DNA of 64,000 nucleotides from Candidatus Poribacteria bacterium (GCA_965207855.1 OZ242310.1:1656686-1720685); one strand, 5' to 3'; shown: positions 18,307-28,866, numbered from the stretch's first letter. The notes: generated by a model not told the origin, from the sequence alone. Made by a program: numbers and translations.

Positions 18307-19485
18307 CTATTCCTTCCGTAAGGTCTCCGGGACCAACCATAGAAAGATGCCAACCCCGAGATAACCGATGCCTCCCAAGGCGAAGCCAGAATAACCCAAT
18401 CCGAACAAATCGGCAAGGTTCCCAACAATAACAGGGCCCGCAGAGCCACCGAAATCTCCCGTCAGTCGCCACAGACCTAAGAATTCACCGGTCCCCTCAC
18501 GTGGCGCGAGGTCTGCACCGAGCGTCATCATCGTCCCTGAAGCGATACCGTTGCCCATTCGCATGAAGATCGCTGCGAGCAACAACCCTGTAAATGTCCC
18601 CGTAAACGGCATCAACATCATTCCCGTAGCAAAAACACAAACCCCCGGCACTGTCGCGAATCTTCGACCAAAGCGATCCATCATATAGCCAGCAATGGGG
18701 AACATCGACATGTCCACTGCTGAGGAAATCATAACCACCGCTCGGACTTGCTGCGTTGTTAATCCAACAACCTCGTCGGCATAGAGCGGGATAATGATGT
18801 TGCAACCGCGCCGCAGCGTTTGTACACATACCTGTCCCACGCCGGCGGTCGCAAGGAGCCGCGCATGTTGACGCGATACTTCGAGTAGATGCCTCAGATA
18901 CGGGAGTTTTTTACCAGCGGTTTGGTGTGTGGAACGCCGTGTTTCTGGGATGAAAAAGAGACAGAGGACAAAGTTCAAAACCACAATACCAGCAAAGATG
19001 AAGAACGGAAGGCGGAGATTCACCCCAAGAAAAACGGAACAGAACTGTCCGGCGAAAGTACCCATCCGATTTACACCGCCAAACAGCGCGATCGCTCTCC
19101 CTCGATTTGCGATCGGAATGACATCTGTCATGTAAGCATGCCGAGCGAGCATCCATAACGCATTTCCGATACCCCCGACTAATTGGGCACCGATAAGTTG
19201 AAAGAAATTCGTCGCTGTCCCCATCCCAAGAGTTGACACCCCGATCATTACCAGACCCAGCAGCATTGACGGTTTACGACCCAGCCGTTCCACTAAGATA
19301 CCTGCTGGGATATTTCCAATCACTCCGACAGCAAGGACAACGGTCGTTAATGTATAGGAGAGCTCAAACGATTTAACATAGATGGAGAGCGTTGGTAAAA
19401 CAATACCCGCACCTGTTGACAGTAGAAACGCTGGAATGTAAAGGGGAAGAATCAACGAGGCACGGCTAAATTTCGGATTGTTCAA
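18307..19485 (-). CDS. MFS transporter
   Basis: About 12 hydrophobic segments. MFS motif A-like ERLGRKPSMLLG. Confidence 0.8.
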   Translation of the reverse strand: MNNPKFSRASLILPLYIPAFLLSTGAGIVLPTLSIYVKSFELSYTLTTVVLAVGVIGNIPAGILVERLGRKPSMLLGLVMIGVSTLGMGTATNFFQLIGAQLVGGIGNALWMLARHAYMTDVIPIANRGRAIALFGGVNRMGTFAGQFCSVFLGVNLRLPFFIFAGIVVLNFVLCLFFIPETRRSTHQTAGKKLPYLRHLLEVSRQHARLLATAGVGQVCVQTLRRGCNIIIPLYADEVVGLTTQQVRAVVMISSAVDMSMFPIAGYMMDRFGRRFATVPGVCVFATGMMLMPFTGTFTGLLLAAIFMRMGNGIASGTMMTLGADLAPREGTGEFLGLWRLTGDFGGSAGPVIVGNLADLFGLGYSGFALGGIGYLGVGIFLWLVPETLRKE

Positions 19486-19529
19486 TTTTGGATAACTTTC
19501 AGCAGCGGTGGCTTTCTAATGTGTGAACC

Positions 19530-20081
19530 CTAATTTGGGAAAAAGATAGACATAACGTCCATATAATGCGTGTGGGTCGCCTCGTCAAATAGGACAAACT
19601 GGATTTCACTTGGTGCGACGGTATTCTCTTGCACAAAACCTTTCACCGCCATCAGGGCAACGACTGCTGCCTTCTCCGTTGGATATCCATAAATACCGGT
19701 GCTAATGGATGGAAAGGCGATGCTCTGAATACCATTTTCTATCGCAAGCCAGAGACTTTCCCGATAGCAACTCGCGAGCAGTTCGGGTTCACCTGAGTTG
19801 CCGCCCTCCCAGACGGGTCCAACGGTGTGGATGACATATCTCGCAGGAAGATTGCCCCCTGGGGTGATGACTGCCTGACCCGTGGGACAGCCGCCGTCGC
19901 GTCTACGAATTTCTGCACAGGCTCGCTCAATTTCGTCACCGCCAGCACGGCGTATTGCACCATCCACACCCCCTCCACCGACGAGTTCGCTGTTCGCTGC
20001 ATTCACGATAGCATCAACTCCCATTTGCGTTATGTCTCCTTGGGTGAGTGATAAATTAGTCCCCTGAATTTGTGCTGTCAT
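19530..20081 (-). CDS. macro domain protein (O-acetyl-ADP-ribose deacetylase, YmdB-like)
   Basis: GDITQMGVDAIVNAANSELVGGGGVDGAI and FPSISTGIYGYP motifs. Confidence 0.88.
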   Translation of the reverse strand: MTAQIQGTNLSLTQGDITQMGVDAIVNAANSELVGGGGVDGAIRRAGGDEIERACAEIRRRDGGCPTGQAVITPGGNLPARYVIHTVGPVWEGGNSGEPELLASCYRESLWLAIENGIQSIAFPSISTGIYGYPTEKAAVVALMAVKGFVQENTVAPSEIQFVLFDEATHTHYMDVMSIFFPN

Positions 20082-20234
20082 TGCGTCGTCTCCTTATTTA
20101 TCCATGGAAATTATGGTGGATCGAAAAAAATAGATAGATATTCTCCCCCTGTGGTCCGGTTTTTGCTGGGTGTTTCTGCAAAGTTTCTAACCTCGCTGAT
20201 ACAGAGTGTTCAAGTCATTTTAAATCTACCATAG

Positions 20235-21134
20235 TCACCGATTTCTCTGGATCAAACCGATTTTAGGTAGTGCCTCCAGAACAAAGGTTTCGATCGGCGT
20301 ATCAGTTTTTAATTCCGCATAACCGATACCTTGGTCGGTACAGAAACGTTGTAGATTATCGCAAAACGCTTGCTGTTGAGCTTGGTATTGCGTTAAGATT
20401 TCAGCATTAATTGTAAGAGCCTTCGTTTCACCTGTCTCGGCATCTTCCATCAACCAATCGTTTCCTGTAGCTGCATTTTCCAAGTATGTTTGCGGTTCTA
20501 TTTCTTCTCGACTGACCACGTGAATTGCTGTGAGTGAGAATCCGTGTCCTCTGAGTGATTTAAAACCTGCTGTGTAACTATCTGGGTCCAAAAAATCGGA
20601 GAGAACAACGACCATTCCACGGTGTCGTTGATACATCGGAAGTTGCTTGAGGCATGCCGTCAATCGTGTGCGTCCGTCTGCTGCAATGGCTGTGATTGCC
20701 CTTGTAAGTCGTGGGAATTGCGCTTTGCCCGATATAGGGGGTAGCGTTAACGAGAGGCGTTCAGCACAGGTGTAAACTGCAACGCTATCTGCGTGTGCTA
20801 AAGCGACATAGCCAAGGGCTGCAGCAACCTGCTTGGTACATGTCAACTTCGTCGGTGTGCCAAATTCCATAGATCGGCTGCTGTCAAGTAGGAGGACAAC
20901 GGGCAAGTCTTCATCAGTATGATGAAGCTTGATAAAGAGTCTACCCAGGCGAGCATAAATGTTCCAATCGACATACCGTAGGTCATCACCCGGTTCGTAA
21001 GCCCGATGATCAGCGAATTCCATACCTGTGCCACGATTAAGGCTTCGCCGTTCGCCTCTGAGTTTTCCTCGAAATGGATGTTTCGAGTGGATGTAGAATG
21101 GATCAAGTTGTTTCAGGAATTGTGGTGTAAGCAT
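20235..21134 (-). CDS. DUF58 domain-containing protein (vWA-like, MoxR partner family)
   Basis: REYEPGDD-like AYEPGDDLRYVDWN, followed by VVLLLDSSRSM (MIDAS-like). Confidence 0.8.
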   Translation of the reverse strand: MLTPQFLKQLDPFYIHSKHPFRGKLRGERRSLNRGTGMEFADHRAYEPGDDLRYVDWNIYARLGRLFIKLHHTDEDLPVVLLLDSSRSMEFGTPTKLTCTKQVAAALGYVALAHADSVAVYTCAERLSLTLPPISGKAQFPRLTRAITAIAADGRTRLTACLKQLPMYQRHRGMVVVLSDFLDPDSYTAGFKSLRGHGFSLTAIHVVSREEIEPQTYLENAATGNDWLMEDAETGETKALTINAEILTQYQAQQQAFCDNLQRFCTDQGIGYAELKTDTPIETFVLEALPKIGLIQRNR

Positions 21135-21245
21135 TATTGGATGTAGATTTTTAGAGGGCAGCGAATACGCCTGTAACTCTTCGTTTCCCGATGTCTACTA
21201 TATTAGCATGAGGCTAAGAAAAAGACAAGAATTTTCATATTTAAC

Positions 21246-21274
21246 TTGACAGACCCCAAAAAATGATGTATAAT
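21246..21274 (+). promoter_or_regulatory. consensus promoter of the tRNA cluster
   Basis: TTGACA (21246-21251), a 17-nt spacer, then TATAAT (21269-21274). Confidence 0.6.
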
Positions 21275-21384
21275 TTAAACACGAAAAAAGATATACAGTT
21301 TAACTTACAAACGTCTATTACACCAGCAAATGTAGTTTCCAATTTTGCTTGTGTTGTTTGTAAGTGTAAGCAGTAGATAAAGCT

Positions 21385-21460
<76 letters not shown>

Positions 21461-21489
21461 TTCAAAACAGAATAAGATTTCTAACACAA

Positions 21490-21563
<74 letters not shown>

Positions 21564-21595
21564 CTTTTCATACTGCTGAAGGCAAATCTAAGTGT

Positions 21596-21668
21596 GGTGG
21601 ATGTAGCTCAGGGGTAGAGCACTTGACTGTGGATCAAGTGGTCGTGGGTTCAAATCCCATCATCCACC
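21596..21668 (+). tRNA. tRNA-His (anticodon GTG)
   Basis: Extra 5' G(-1), acceptor GTGGATG/CATCCAC, anticodon stem CTTGA/TCAAG with loop CTGTGGA. Confidence 0.9.
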
Positions 21669-21728
21669 CTCATTCATATCTGGGGTCCTGCCTATCACTG
21701 GGAACGGGGGACCGGTTGTATACGGATG

Positions 21729-21767
21729 TCAGGAGGCGTTGAGGGTTCGGTGCCTTCACGGCGCATC
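21729..21767 (+). pseudogene. duplicated 3' half of tRNA-Lys (fragment)
   Basis: TCAGGAGGCGTTGAGGGTTCGGTGCCTTCACGGCGCATC aligns with the 3' half of the intact tRNA-Lys (TCAGGCGGTTGAAGGTTCGATTCCTTCACGGCGCATC) about 90 nt downstream. Confidence 0.6.
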
Positions 21768-21858
21768 AGTAATACAATAGACTCGGAGACCACGCATGTC
21801 ACGAGTTAAAAGCGACGCTTGTAGAAACCGTTTCCGGTAGCAAAGGTACTGAGCAGGC

Positions 21859-21931
21859 GCGCCGTTAGCTCAATTGGCAGAGCATCTGACTCTTAATCAG
21901 GCGGTTGAAGGTTCGATTCCTTCACGGCGCA
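21859..21931 (+). tRNA. tRNA-Lys (anticodon CTT)
   Basis: Acceptor GCGCCGT/ACGGCGC, anticodon loop CTCTTAA, T-loop GGTTCGATTCC. Confidence 0.9.
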
Positions 21932-21993
21932 TCGCTTGTAATATTCGACGAGTGTCAGGCAACGGTAAATTTTGCCGCGTGTGGGCAAAATTT

Positions 21994-22078
21994 GGGCGGG
22001 TGCTGGAATTGGTAGACAGGATAGACTTAGGATCTATTGGGGTTACGCCTCGTGAGGGTTCAAGTCCCTCCTCGCCCA
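21994..22078 (+). tRNA. tRNA-Leu (anticodon TAG)
   Basis: D-arm identical to the other tRNA-Leu. Anticodon stem ATAGA/TCTAT with loop CTTAGGA, long variable arm, T-loop GGTTCAAGTCC. Confidence 0.9.
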
Positions 22079-22132
22079 TAGTCGCAGATTTTTAGTCAGT
22101 GATTTAAAGTATCCGGGCTTTCAGAGCTCGGC

Positions 22133-23452
22133 ATGAGGACAAAAGACTTGAAAGTTCAAACTGAAAGGTTAGATGCCACGCGAGTTCGTCTGGATATAGA
22201 AGTACCTTCTGAAGACGTTAATGCGGCATTGACAGAGACTTATGAAACATTGCGGTCGCAAGTCTCTATCCCCGGTTTCCGCAAAGGGCGCGTCCCTGTA
22301 GCTATCCTTAAATCTCGCTTTCCCGAATACGTCAGTAGCGAAGCTGTTCGGTATCTCATTGTACCTGCCTACGAAGATGCTATTGATAGAGAAAGACTCA
22401 ATCCGCTTTCACAGCCTATTTTTGAGCCGCCACTCAATGAATTGCAAGTTAAAGAAAATGAACCGCTCGCGTTTTCAGCCATTGTTGACACCCGACCCAG
22501 TATCCAGCTCCCAGATTACGATGATCTCGAAACCGATAAAAATCCCGTTGATGTGCCTCGTGAAGATGTTGATGCCTATATTACACGGTTACAAGCCCAA
22601 TCTGCTACTTACGAACCCCTTGATATTGAACGGTCAGTCGAAGGAAAAGACTGTGTGCGTATAGATTGGGAATGCTTACTTGGCGGTGAGCGCGTTGACC
22701 CTGAATCGCGACAAGATATTGATATAGAACTCGGGGTCGGAGCGATACACGAAAAACTTGAGCAGGCGTTGATTGGTATGCACATCGGGGATACAAAATC
22801 TGTGGATATTGAGTTTCCGCCAGAACACAGCAACCCAGAACTCGCAGGAAAATCTGCTCGCTATGAAATTGCACTGCATGCTATCACGCAGAAGCATCTT
22901 CCCGATTTAGATGATGAGTTTGCGAAAGATTTGGGGTATGAAAGTTACTCTCAACTCTATGGGTTAATATGGAACAATCTTGTTGAGGAAGAGACCAGTA
23001 TACACGTTGACAAGCAGAAGGCGGAGTTACTCACCCAACTTATTGAAAAAACTGATATCACTATTCCTGAACCTTTAGTGGATCAGTATGTGCAACAGAC
23101 ACTGCAGAACCTCCAACGGCAGTTGGAAAATGAACATAGAACACCCGAAGAGGCTGGCATTGACCTGGAGACACTGCCTGATGAATTGCGCAGAGATGTC
23201 ATTCAGCAAACCAAGCAGTCATGGATTTTTGAGACAATAGCTGAGAAAGAAGGTATCTTCGTGTCCGATGATGAGCTGGAGTACGAGATTCGGCGCGCCG
23301 CTGAGCAACAAAATCGGGACGCTCAAAAATATGCTGCGCTCCTCAAATCAAGCAATCGATTGGAGGATTTCCGAGGGCAGTTACAACACGAAAAAATCTA
23401 TCAATTCCTAATTCAACGTGCCTCCGCCAAACAGTCGCTTATCATTACTTAA
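22133..23452 (+). CDS. tig: trigger factor
   Basis: N-terminal ribosome-binding signature PGFRKGRVP. 439 aa. Located upstream of clpP-clpX. Confidence 0.92.
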   Translation: MRTKDLKVQTERLDATRVRLDIEVPSEDVNAALTETYETLRSQVSIPGFRKGRVPVAILKSRFPEYVSSEAVRYLIVPAYEDAIDRERLNPLSQPIFEPPLNELQVKENEPLAFSAIVDTRPSIQLPDYDDLETDKNPVDVPREDVDAYITRLQAQSATYEPLDIERSVEGKDCVRIDWECLLGGERVDPESRQDIDIELGVGAIHEKLEQALIGMHIGDTKSVDIEFPPEHSNPELAGKSARYEIALHAITQKHLPDLDDEFAKDLGYESYSQLYGLIWNNLVEEETSIHVDKQKAELLTQLIEKTDITIPEPLVDQYVQQTLQNLQRQLENEHRTPEEAGIDLETLPDELRRDVIQQTKQSWIFETIAEKEGIFVSDDELEYEIRRAAEQQNRDAQKYAALLKSSNRLEDFRGQLQHEKIYQFLIQRASAKQSLIIT

Positions 23453-23463
23453 AGGATGGCTAT

Positions 23464-23610
23464 CAGCGGTCAGGGCGGGAAATCAGAATCAACGATATGA
23501 ATGCCTTAATGGCATTCCCCGTCTCCGAAACCCTTTCAGCAGTCAGTGAGGAGATGTTCGGTAACGCTCGCGTCTTTGCTGATGGCTGAAAGTGCAGCGA
23601 CCTGACTGCT
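23464..23610 (+). repeat. intercistronic element with 13-nt terminal inverted repeat (tig-clpP spacer)
   Basis: 5' arm AGCGGTCAGGGCG and 3' arm CGACCTGACTGCT pair at 12 of 13 positions counting one G-U. An internal hairpin GAATGCC/GGCATTC is present. Confidence 0.5.
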
Positions 23611-23624
23611 AACTGCCCAAAAAT

Positions 23625-24224
23625 ATGAATCTGATACCTGTCGTTGTTGAACAGACAAGCCGAGGCGAACGCTCTTATGATATTTATTCTCGCCTGCTTG
23701 AAGACCGTATTATCATGATCGGGACGCCGATTGATGATGATGCCGTTGCAAATATCGTAACCGCACAGATGCTTTTCCTCGAGGGAAAGGATCCTGATGC
23801 CGACATTGTACTCTATATTAACACGCCGGGCGGATCTGTTTCTGCCGGTTTGGCAATCTACGATACAATGCAGTACATCAAAGCAGATGTGCAAACTTGG
23901 TGTTTGGGGAGAGCCTATAGTATGGGGGCTATCTTGCTCGCTGCGGGGGCGTCGGGCAAGCGCTACGCGCTACCACATGCCAAGGCACTCATTCACCAAC
24001 CCATGGCAAGTGGTATTGGTGGACAAGCCTCCGACATTAGTATCCATGCAAGCGAAATTTTACAAGAGCGCGATCGGCTTTATACAATTTTAGCGAAACA
24101 TACTGGTCAAACTGTTGAGAAAATCGCTACCGATGCCGACAGAGATTTTTATATGACTGCCGGACAGGCACTTGAATACGGTTTGGTCGACCAAGTTGTT
24201 TCCCAACGTGCTACAGCGTCGTAG
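23625..24224 (+). CDS. clpP: ATP-dependent Clp protease proteolytic subunit
   Basis: Catalytic-triad contexts GRAYSMG, LIHQP and DRD. 199 aa. Confidence 0.95.
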   Translation: MNLIPVVVEQTSRGERSYDIYSRLLEDRIIMIGTPIDDDAVANIVTAQMLFLEGKDPDADIVLYINTPGGSVSAGLAIYDTMQYIKADVQTWCLGRAYSMGAILLAAGASGKRYALPHAKALIHQPMASGIGGQASDISIHASEILQERDRLYTILAKHTGQTVEKIATDADRDFYMTAGQALEYGLVDQVVSQRATAS

Positions 24225-24376
24225 GAAGTTTGCCAGTTGAAAGTGTTCTAAAGTCCGTAAAGTTGTATGTGTGTCCCAACAACTTTAGTTCACCTGAGCC
24301 ATACTTTAGCACATTTCTTCTTATCTGACTGTTGAAAGCACAGGGACCTGACGGCTAATAGAGAGGAGAACGCTAT

Positions 24377-25891
24377 ATGTCACAATCCATCCAGCGTGAG
24401 TTATTCTGTTCTTTCTGCCAACGCGATAGTACACAAGTTCGGCGCCTCCTTCAAGGCAGGGAAGCGAATATTTGCGTTGAATGTATCGTCCGGTTATCAG
24501 CCTCCACTGCAGAAGAGGCTTCTTGTTCCTTCTGTAGACGCGATAATACCCAGGTTGAAAGACTCTTTAATGGGCTTGAGGCAGATATCTGTGAGAAATG
24601 TCTTGCTGAATGTATTACTGTCTGCAACGACATTCTCGCCCATCAAAATCCAGATGGCAGTCTTGATGTCTCAATGGGGAAAGATCAGCAGGAACACCAC
24701 GGAATGGGTCGCGAGCCGCAGAAACGGGCAAGAAGACAGAGCAGTGGACGGAACGAAGCGGACCCTGAAAGCGCAACTCGCTCCCAAGCACAGGATCAGC
24801 AAGAAACACTCTCAAAACCGCCTTCACCTAAAGAAATAAAAGCAAAACTTGATGAATATGTGATAGGTCAAGAGCAAGCAAAAAAAAGTTTATCTGTTGC
24901 TGTTTATAATCACTATAAACGTCTACACCATGACGAAACGACAGATGAAGTTGAATTAGATAAAAGCAATATCTTGCTCATAGGTCCAACAGGCACCGGA
25001 AAAACGCTACTCGCCCAGACGCTCGCTAAGGTTTTAGATGTACCGTTCGCTATTACTGATGCAACGACGTTGACTGAAGCGGGTTATGTTGGTGAAGACG
25101 TTGAGAATATCATCTTGAAATTAGTCCAAGCGGCGGACGGTGATGTCGCTCGCGCCGAAACGGGCATCATTTATATTGATGAAATTGATAAAATTACGCG
25201 TAAATCCGAGAACCCTTCAATTACTCGTGATGTTTCTGGTGAAGGCGTTCAGCAGGCATTGCTTAAGATTCTTGAAGGCACAACAGCAAATGTCCCGCCA
25301 CGCGGAGGGCGGAAGCATCCACACCAAGAGATGATTGAGGTTAATACCAATAGGGTCTTGTTTATCTGCGGTGGGACTTTTATTGGCGTCGAAAAGGCGG
25401 TTAAAGATAGACTTGGCAAACAGAGTATCGGCTTCGGAACTCCTATACAATCCAAGGATCAGACCAAAATTCATGAGCTTCTTGCACAGGTAAATCCCAA
25501 AGATCTCATCAAATACGGCTTTATACCAGAGTTGATTGGTCGGCTCCCGATTGTTACAACTCTCCACGAATTGGATGCCCCGGCATTAATTCGCATTCTT
25601 ACTGAGCCGAAAAATGCACTCGTCAAACAATATCGGCAACTTTTAGCTTACGAGGGTGTGGAGTTTCACGTAACCGACGCGGCGTTAACTGCTATCGCTG
25701 ATGAAGTGATTGAGCGCGAAACAGGGGCGCGCGGATTAAGAGCCGTTTTTGAAAAAATTATGCTTGATACGCTCTATCACCTCCCCTCTCTTGAGGATGT
25801 TGAAGCCTGTCATATTACTGAGGACTCTGTCCATAACCATGAGCCACCGCAACTTATCTACAGAAAATCCGAAGAACTTAAAACTGCTTAA
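24377..25891 (+). CDS. clpX: ATP-dependent Clp protease ATP-binding subunit ClpX with duplicated N-terminal zinc-binding domain
   Basis: Two CxxC...CxxC modules (C11/C14/C33/C36 and C50/C53/C72/C75). Walker [17 protein letters not shown], and an IGF-loop-like region. Confidence 0.93.
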   Translation: MSQSIQRELFCSFCQRDSTQVRRLLQGREANICVECIVRLSASTAEEASCSFCRRDNTQVERLFNGLEADICEKCLAECITVCNDILAHQNPDGSLDVSMGKDQQEHHGMGREPQKRARRQSSGRNEADPESATRSQAQDQQETLSKPPSPKEIKAKLDEYVIGQEQAKKSLSVAVYNHYKRLHHDETTDEVELDKSNILLIGPTGTGKTLLAQTLAKVLDVPFAITDATTLTEAGYVGEDVENIILKLVQAADGDVARAETGIIYIDEIDKITRKSENPSITRDVSGEGVQQALLKILEGTTANVPPRGGRKHPHQEMIEVNTNRVLFICGGTFIGVEKAVKDRLGKQSIGFGTPIQSKDQTKIHELLAQVNPKDLIKYGFIPELIGRLPIVTTLHELDAPALIRILTEPKNALVKQYRQLLAYEGVEFHVTDAALTAIADEVIERETGARGLRAVFEKIMLDTLYHLPSLEDVEACHITEDSVHNHEPPQLIYRKSEELKTA

Positions 25892-25892
25892 T

Positions 25893-26040
25893 AGCAGTCA
25901 GGGCGTTCGCTACGAAAGCCGAAGCCATTCTCGGCAGTCAACAATCGGTAGGAAAGCGTGTAAACTTTCGGAACATTTCAGTTCGGATGTGGTCTTTACT
26001 GAAGGCTGAAAGGTTTGCGTGGTAAACCGCCCTGATTGCT
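25893..26040 (+). repeat. intercistronic element with 13-nt terminal inverted repeat (clpX-lon spacer)
   Basis: AGCAGTCAGGGCG (25893-25905) and CGCCCTGATTGCT (26028-26040) are reverse complements apart from one G-U position. Confidence 0.55.
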
Positions 26041-26052
26041 GATTGCTAATAA
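26032..26052. repeat. heptamer tandem repeat
   Basis: CTGATTG CTGATTG CTAATAA, immediately upstream of the lon RBS. Confidence 0.5.
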
Positions 26053-26064
26053 AGGATAAAAATC

Positions 26065-28506
26065 ATGAACTCGACAGCAACAGAAGAATATGAAACGGTG
26101 AGTTTACCCGTTATCTATTTGCCTCCGGATTTTGACGCTATTTTTCCAAGAACCAAATCTGTTTTGAATGTCGCTCGTAAAATGGGAGTTGCAGCAACCC
26201 ATGCAGCGCTGCGTTCAAAGCGACAGATACTCCTCCTCCATCAAAAAATGGACTTGGAGGAGGGAGAAGAAGCAACCCCCGAACATCTCCACGCCATTGG
26301 TGCTGTCGCGAATATCATTGAGTCTTATGAACCCGGCGACAGCACTATCCGTATCGCTATTGCAGCCGAGCAACGCGCTATTGTTCTCCGCTATACCAAA
26401 ACTGATGACTTTTTGAAAGCGGATGTCCAGATTGTTCATGAGGAGATAGGCTTAGCAGGTGCTGCCGAACCTCTTATTAAAGAAGCTAAGAAACTTTTCA
26501 GTAATTACGCAAAAGTCCGCCAAAAAGACCAAGGACAGGGTTCGCAATCCCATGTTTTGACCTCCGAAGAAGTCAAACGGGCTATTACAGAGCAGGAAGA
26601 ACCCGGACACCTTGCGGATACGATCGCTGGACTTCTCAACCTCACACCCGCCGAGCGTCAAGCCACTATTGATGAACTCAATCCTATTAAACGACTGCAA
26701 CTCGTCATCCAATTTTTAAAGGAAGCATCAGAGCGAAACGAATTGCGCGACGACATTCACAATCAGGTCCGGGAATCCATTCAAAAAACACATCGCGAAT
26801 TTTATCTCCAAGAGCAAATGAAGGTTATACAGAAGGAGCTCGGTCGCGATGACATTGCCGAAGTTGATGAACTTCGGGAGCAGGTGAAAAACGCCGGGAT
26901 GTCCGAAGAAGCTGAAGAAAAAGCACTCAAGGAACTCGATCGCCTTGCACAGATTCCACCGCAATCTGCTGAATCGGGGGTTATCCGAACCTATGTTGAT
27001 TGGATACTCGCGCTGCCTTGGAAAGAAAGCACTGAACATCAAATCCATCTTCCTGAAGCTGAACGTATCCTTGATGAAGACCATTACGGCTTGGAGAAAC
27101 CCAAGGAAAATGTGCTTGAATACCTCGCTGTTTTGCAACTCGTCAAACATCTGAAAGGACCGATTATCTGTCTCGTCGGGCCCCCAGGTGTTGGAAAAAC
27201 TTCGCTCGGTAAGTCGATCGCTCGTGCCACTGGTAGGAAATTCGTTAGGATGTCACTCGGTGGTGTTCGCGATGAAGCCGAAATTCGTGGGCATAGACGC
27301 ACCTATATCGGCGCAATTCCGGGTCGAATTATCCAAGGACTCCGAGATGTTAAGTCGAATAATCCACTGTTTCTTCTTGATGAGATTGATAAACTCAGTT
27401 CGGATTTTCGCGGGGATCCAGCATCGGCACTCCTTGAAGTCCTTGATCCCGAGCAGAATGCGACTTTCCGTGATCACTACATGGATATCGCGTTTGATCT
27501 TTCGGATGTCATGTTCATCACAACGGCGAATACCCGTGTCACTATTCCACCGGCGCTTGAAGACCGGATGGAAATCATTGAATTGCCGGGTTACACTGAT
27601 TTTGAGAAACATAAGATCGCTACCTTTACACCGAATGGACTTATTCCGAAGCAGCTTGAACGTCATGGTCTTTCATCTGAGAATATCACCTTCACAGACG
27701 AAGCCATCTTTGAGATGATTCACAAATATACGCGCGAGGCTGGGGTGCGAAGTCTTGAACGAACGATTACCACTGTTATGCGAAAGATAGCGAAAGAAAT
27801 GGTCACTGAAGAGAAACCTGACTTCAATATTGAGATAACGCCAGCGAATTTGAGTGATTATCTGGGGCCGGCTAAATGGACACGCACAAAGGCTGAGGAG
27901 AGTGATGAAGTTGGCGTTGCTACAGGGATGGTATGGACCCAAATTGGCGGTGATATCGTCTCCGTTGAGGCAACAACCATGCCCGGCGAAGGTAAACTCA
28001 ATATGACCGGACAACTTCAGGAAGTGATGCGTGAGTCAGTCCAAACAGCTGTCGCCTACATCCGATCGCGTGCGGAATCCTTTGGAATCTCTAAAAACCA
28101 GTTTGAGAAACACGATATTCATATTCACATTCCAGAAGGGGCTGTCCCGAAAGATGGTCCTTCAGCAGGGATCACTGTCGCTACGGCGATACTCTCTGCC
28201 TTGACAGGAAAATCTGTCCGAAAAGATGTTTCTATGACTGGTGAGATTACGCTCCGAGGTCGGGTACTACCGATCGGTGGCTTGAAGGAGAAAGCACTCG
28301 CTGCCTATCGCAACGGTATTTTCAACATCATCATCCCCAGCGATAATGAAAAGGATGAGGTTGACATTCCAACTGAAATTCGGGAGGGGATCCGTTTTCA
28401 CAAGGTCGACGATATGATGCAGGTGTTGGAACAAGCACTCAGAGAGCCAATCGTGGAACCCGAAGTTCCCGTAGAGATGCCGGTTACCTCACAACCTGCT
28501 GTGTGA
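26065..28506 (+). CDS. lon: endopeptidase La (Lon protease)
   Basis: Walker [10 protein letters not shown]. Catalytic-Ser motif PKDGPSAG. 813 aa. Confidence 0.95.
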   Translation: MNSTATEEYETVSLPVIYLPPDFDAIFPRTKSVLNVARKMGVAATHAALRSKRQILLLHQKMDLEEGEEATPEHLHAIGAVANIIESYEPGDSTIRIAIAAEQRAIVLRYTKTDDFLKADVQIVHEEIGLAGAAEPLIKEAKKLFSNYAKVRQKDQGQGSQSHVLTSEEVKRAITEQEEPGHLADTIAGLLNLTPAERQATIDELNPIKRLQLVIQFLKEASERNELRDDIHNQVRESIQKTHREFYLQEQMKVIQKELGRDDIAEVDELREQVKNAGMSEEAEEKALKELDRLAQIPPQSAESGVIRTYVDWILALPWKESTEHQIHLPEAERILDEDHYGLEKPKENVLEYLAVLQLVKHLKGPIICLVGPPGVGKTSLGKSIARATGRKFVRMSLGGVRDEAEIRGHRRTYIGAIPGRIIQGLRDVKSNNPLFLLDEIDKLSSDFRGDPASALLEVLDPEQNATFRDHYMDIAFDLSDVMFITTANTRVTIPPALEDRMEIIELPGYTDFEKHKIATFTPNGLIPKQLERHGLSSENITFTDEAIFEMIHKYTREAGVRSLERTITTVMRKIAKEMVTEEKPDFNIEITPANLSDYLGPAKWTRTKAEESDEVGVATGMVWTQIGGDIVSVEATTMPGEGKLNMTGQLQEVMRESVQTAVAYIRSRAESFGISKNQFEKHDIHIHIPEGAVPKDGPSAGITVATAILSALTGKSVRKDVSMTGEITLRGRVLPIGGLKEKALAAYRNGIFNIIIPSDNEKDEVDIPTEIREGIRFHKVDDMMQVLEQALREPIVEPEVPVEMPVTSQPAV

Positions 28507-28515
28507 TAACAGGCA

Positions 28516-28574
28516 GATAGCGAATAGCGAAAAGTGGAGCGCAGCGGAACGCCCTAACTGCTAATAGCGAACAA
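28516..28574. repeat. heptamer-type repeats in the lon / S4-gene spacer
   Basis: GATAGCG AATAGCG AAAAGTG ... CTAACTG CTAATAG CGAACAA. Confidence 0.4.
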
Positions 28575-28578
28575 AAAA

Positions 28579-28866
28579 ATGCGATTAGACAAATTTCTAC
28601 AGATCAGCCGCCTTGTGAAACGACGGACGATCGCCAATACGCTCTGTAGCAGAGGTGCTGTGAGTGTCAATGGACACGTCGCAAAAGCCGGGAAGGTGAT
28701 CGCTGTTGGAGATATAATCCGATTGCCTGTCGCTGTATCTGCGACTACAGAGGCGCATCTGGATGAAGAAGAAGCTGCCGACCCTGAGTATGAGGTCCTT
28801 GAGTTACCATCAGGGAATGTCTCACGCGCCCGTGCTACAACACTCTATCGCCAAATAAATCCGTAG
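28579..28866 (+). CDS. S4 domain RNA-binding protein (Hsp15/YlmH-like)
   Basis: MRLDKFLQISRLVKRRTIANTLCSRGAVSVNG is a typical S4 motif. Confidence 0.75.
   Translation: MRLDKFLQISRLVKRRTIANTLCSRGAVSVNGHVAKAGKVIAVGDIIRLPVAVSATTEAHLDEEEAADPEYEVLELPSGNVSRARATTLYRQINP

Noticed and set aside
18206-21384. Genomic island bounded by tRNA-Leu(CAG) and the tRNA cluster.
   Set aside because: The content (MFS transporter, macro domain, DUF58) shows no integrase, direct repeats of a tRNA 3' end, or mobility genes.
23453-28578. CIRCE (HrcA) or CtsR heat-shock operators in the clpP/clpX/lon spacers, suggested by GCTAA ends and GGTCAGG heptads.
   Set aside because: The spacing and sequence do not match TTAGCACTC-N9-GAGTGCTAA or the GGTCAAA-NAN-GGTCAAA direct repeat. 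The same motifs also occur next to non-stress genes (purE, MBL hydrolase, the vanZ-like gene).
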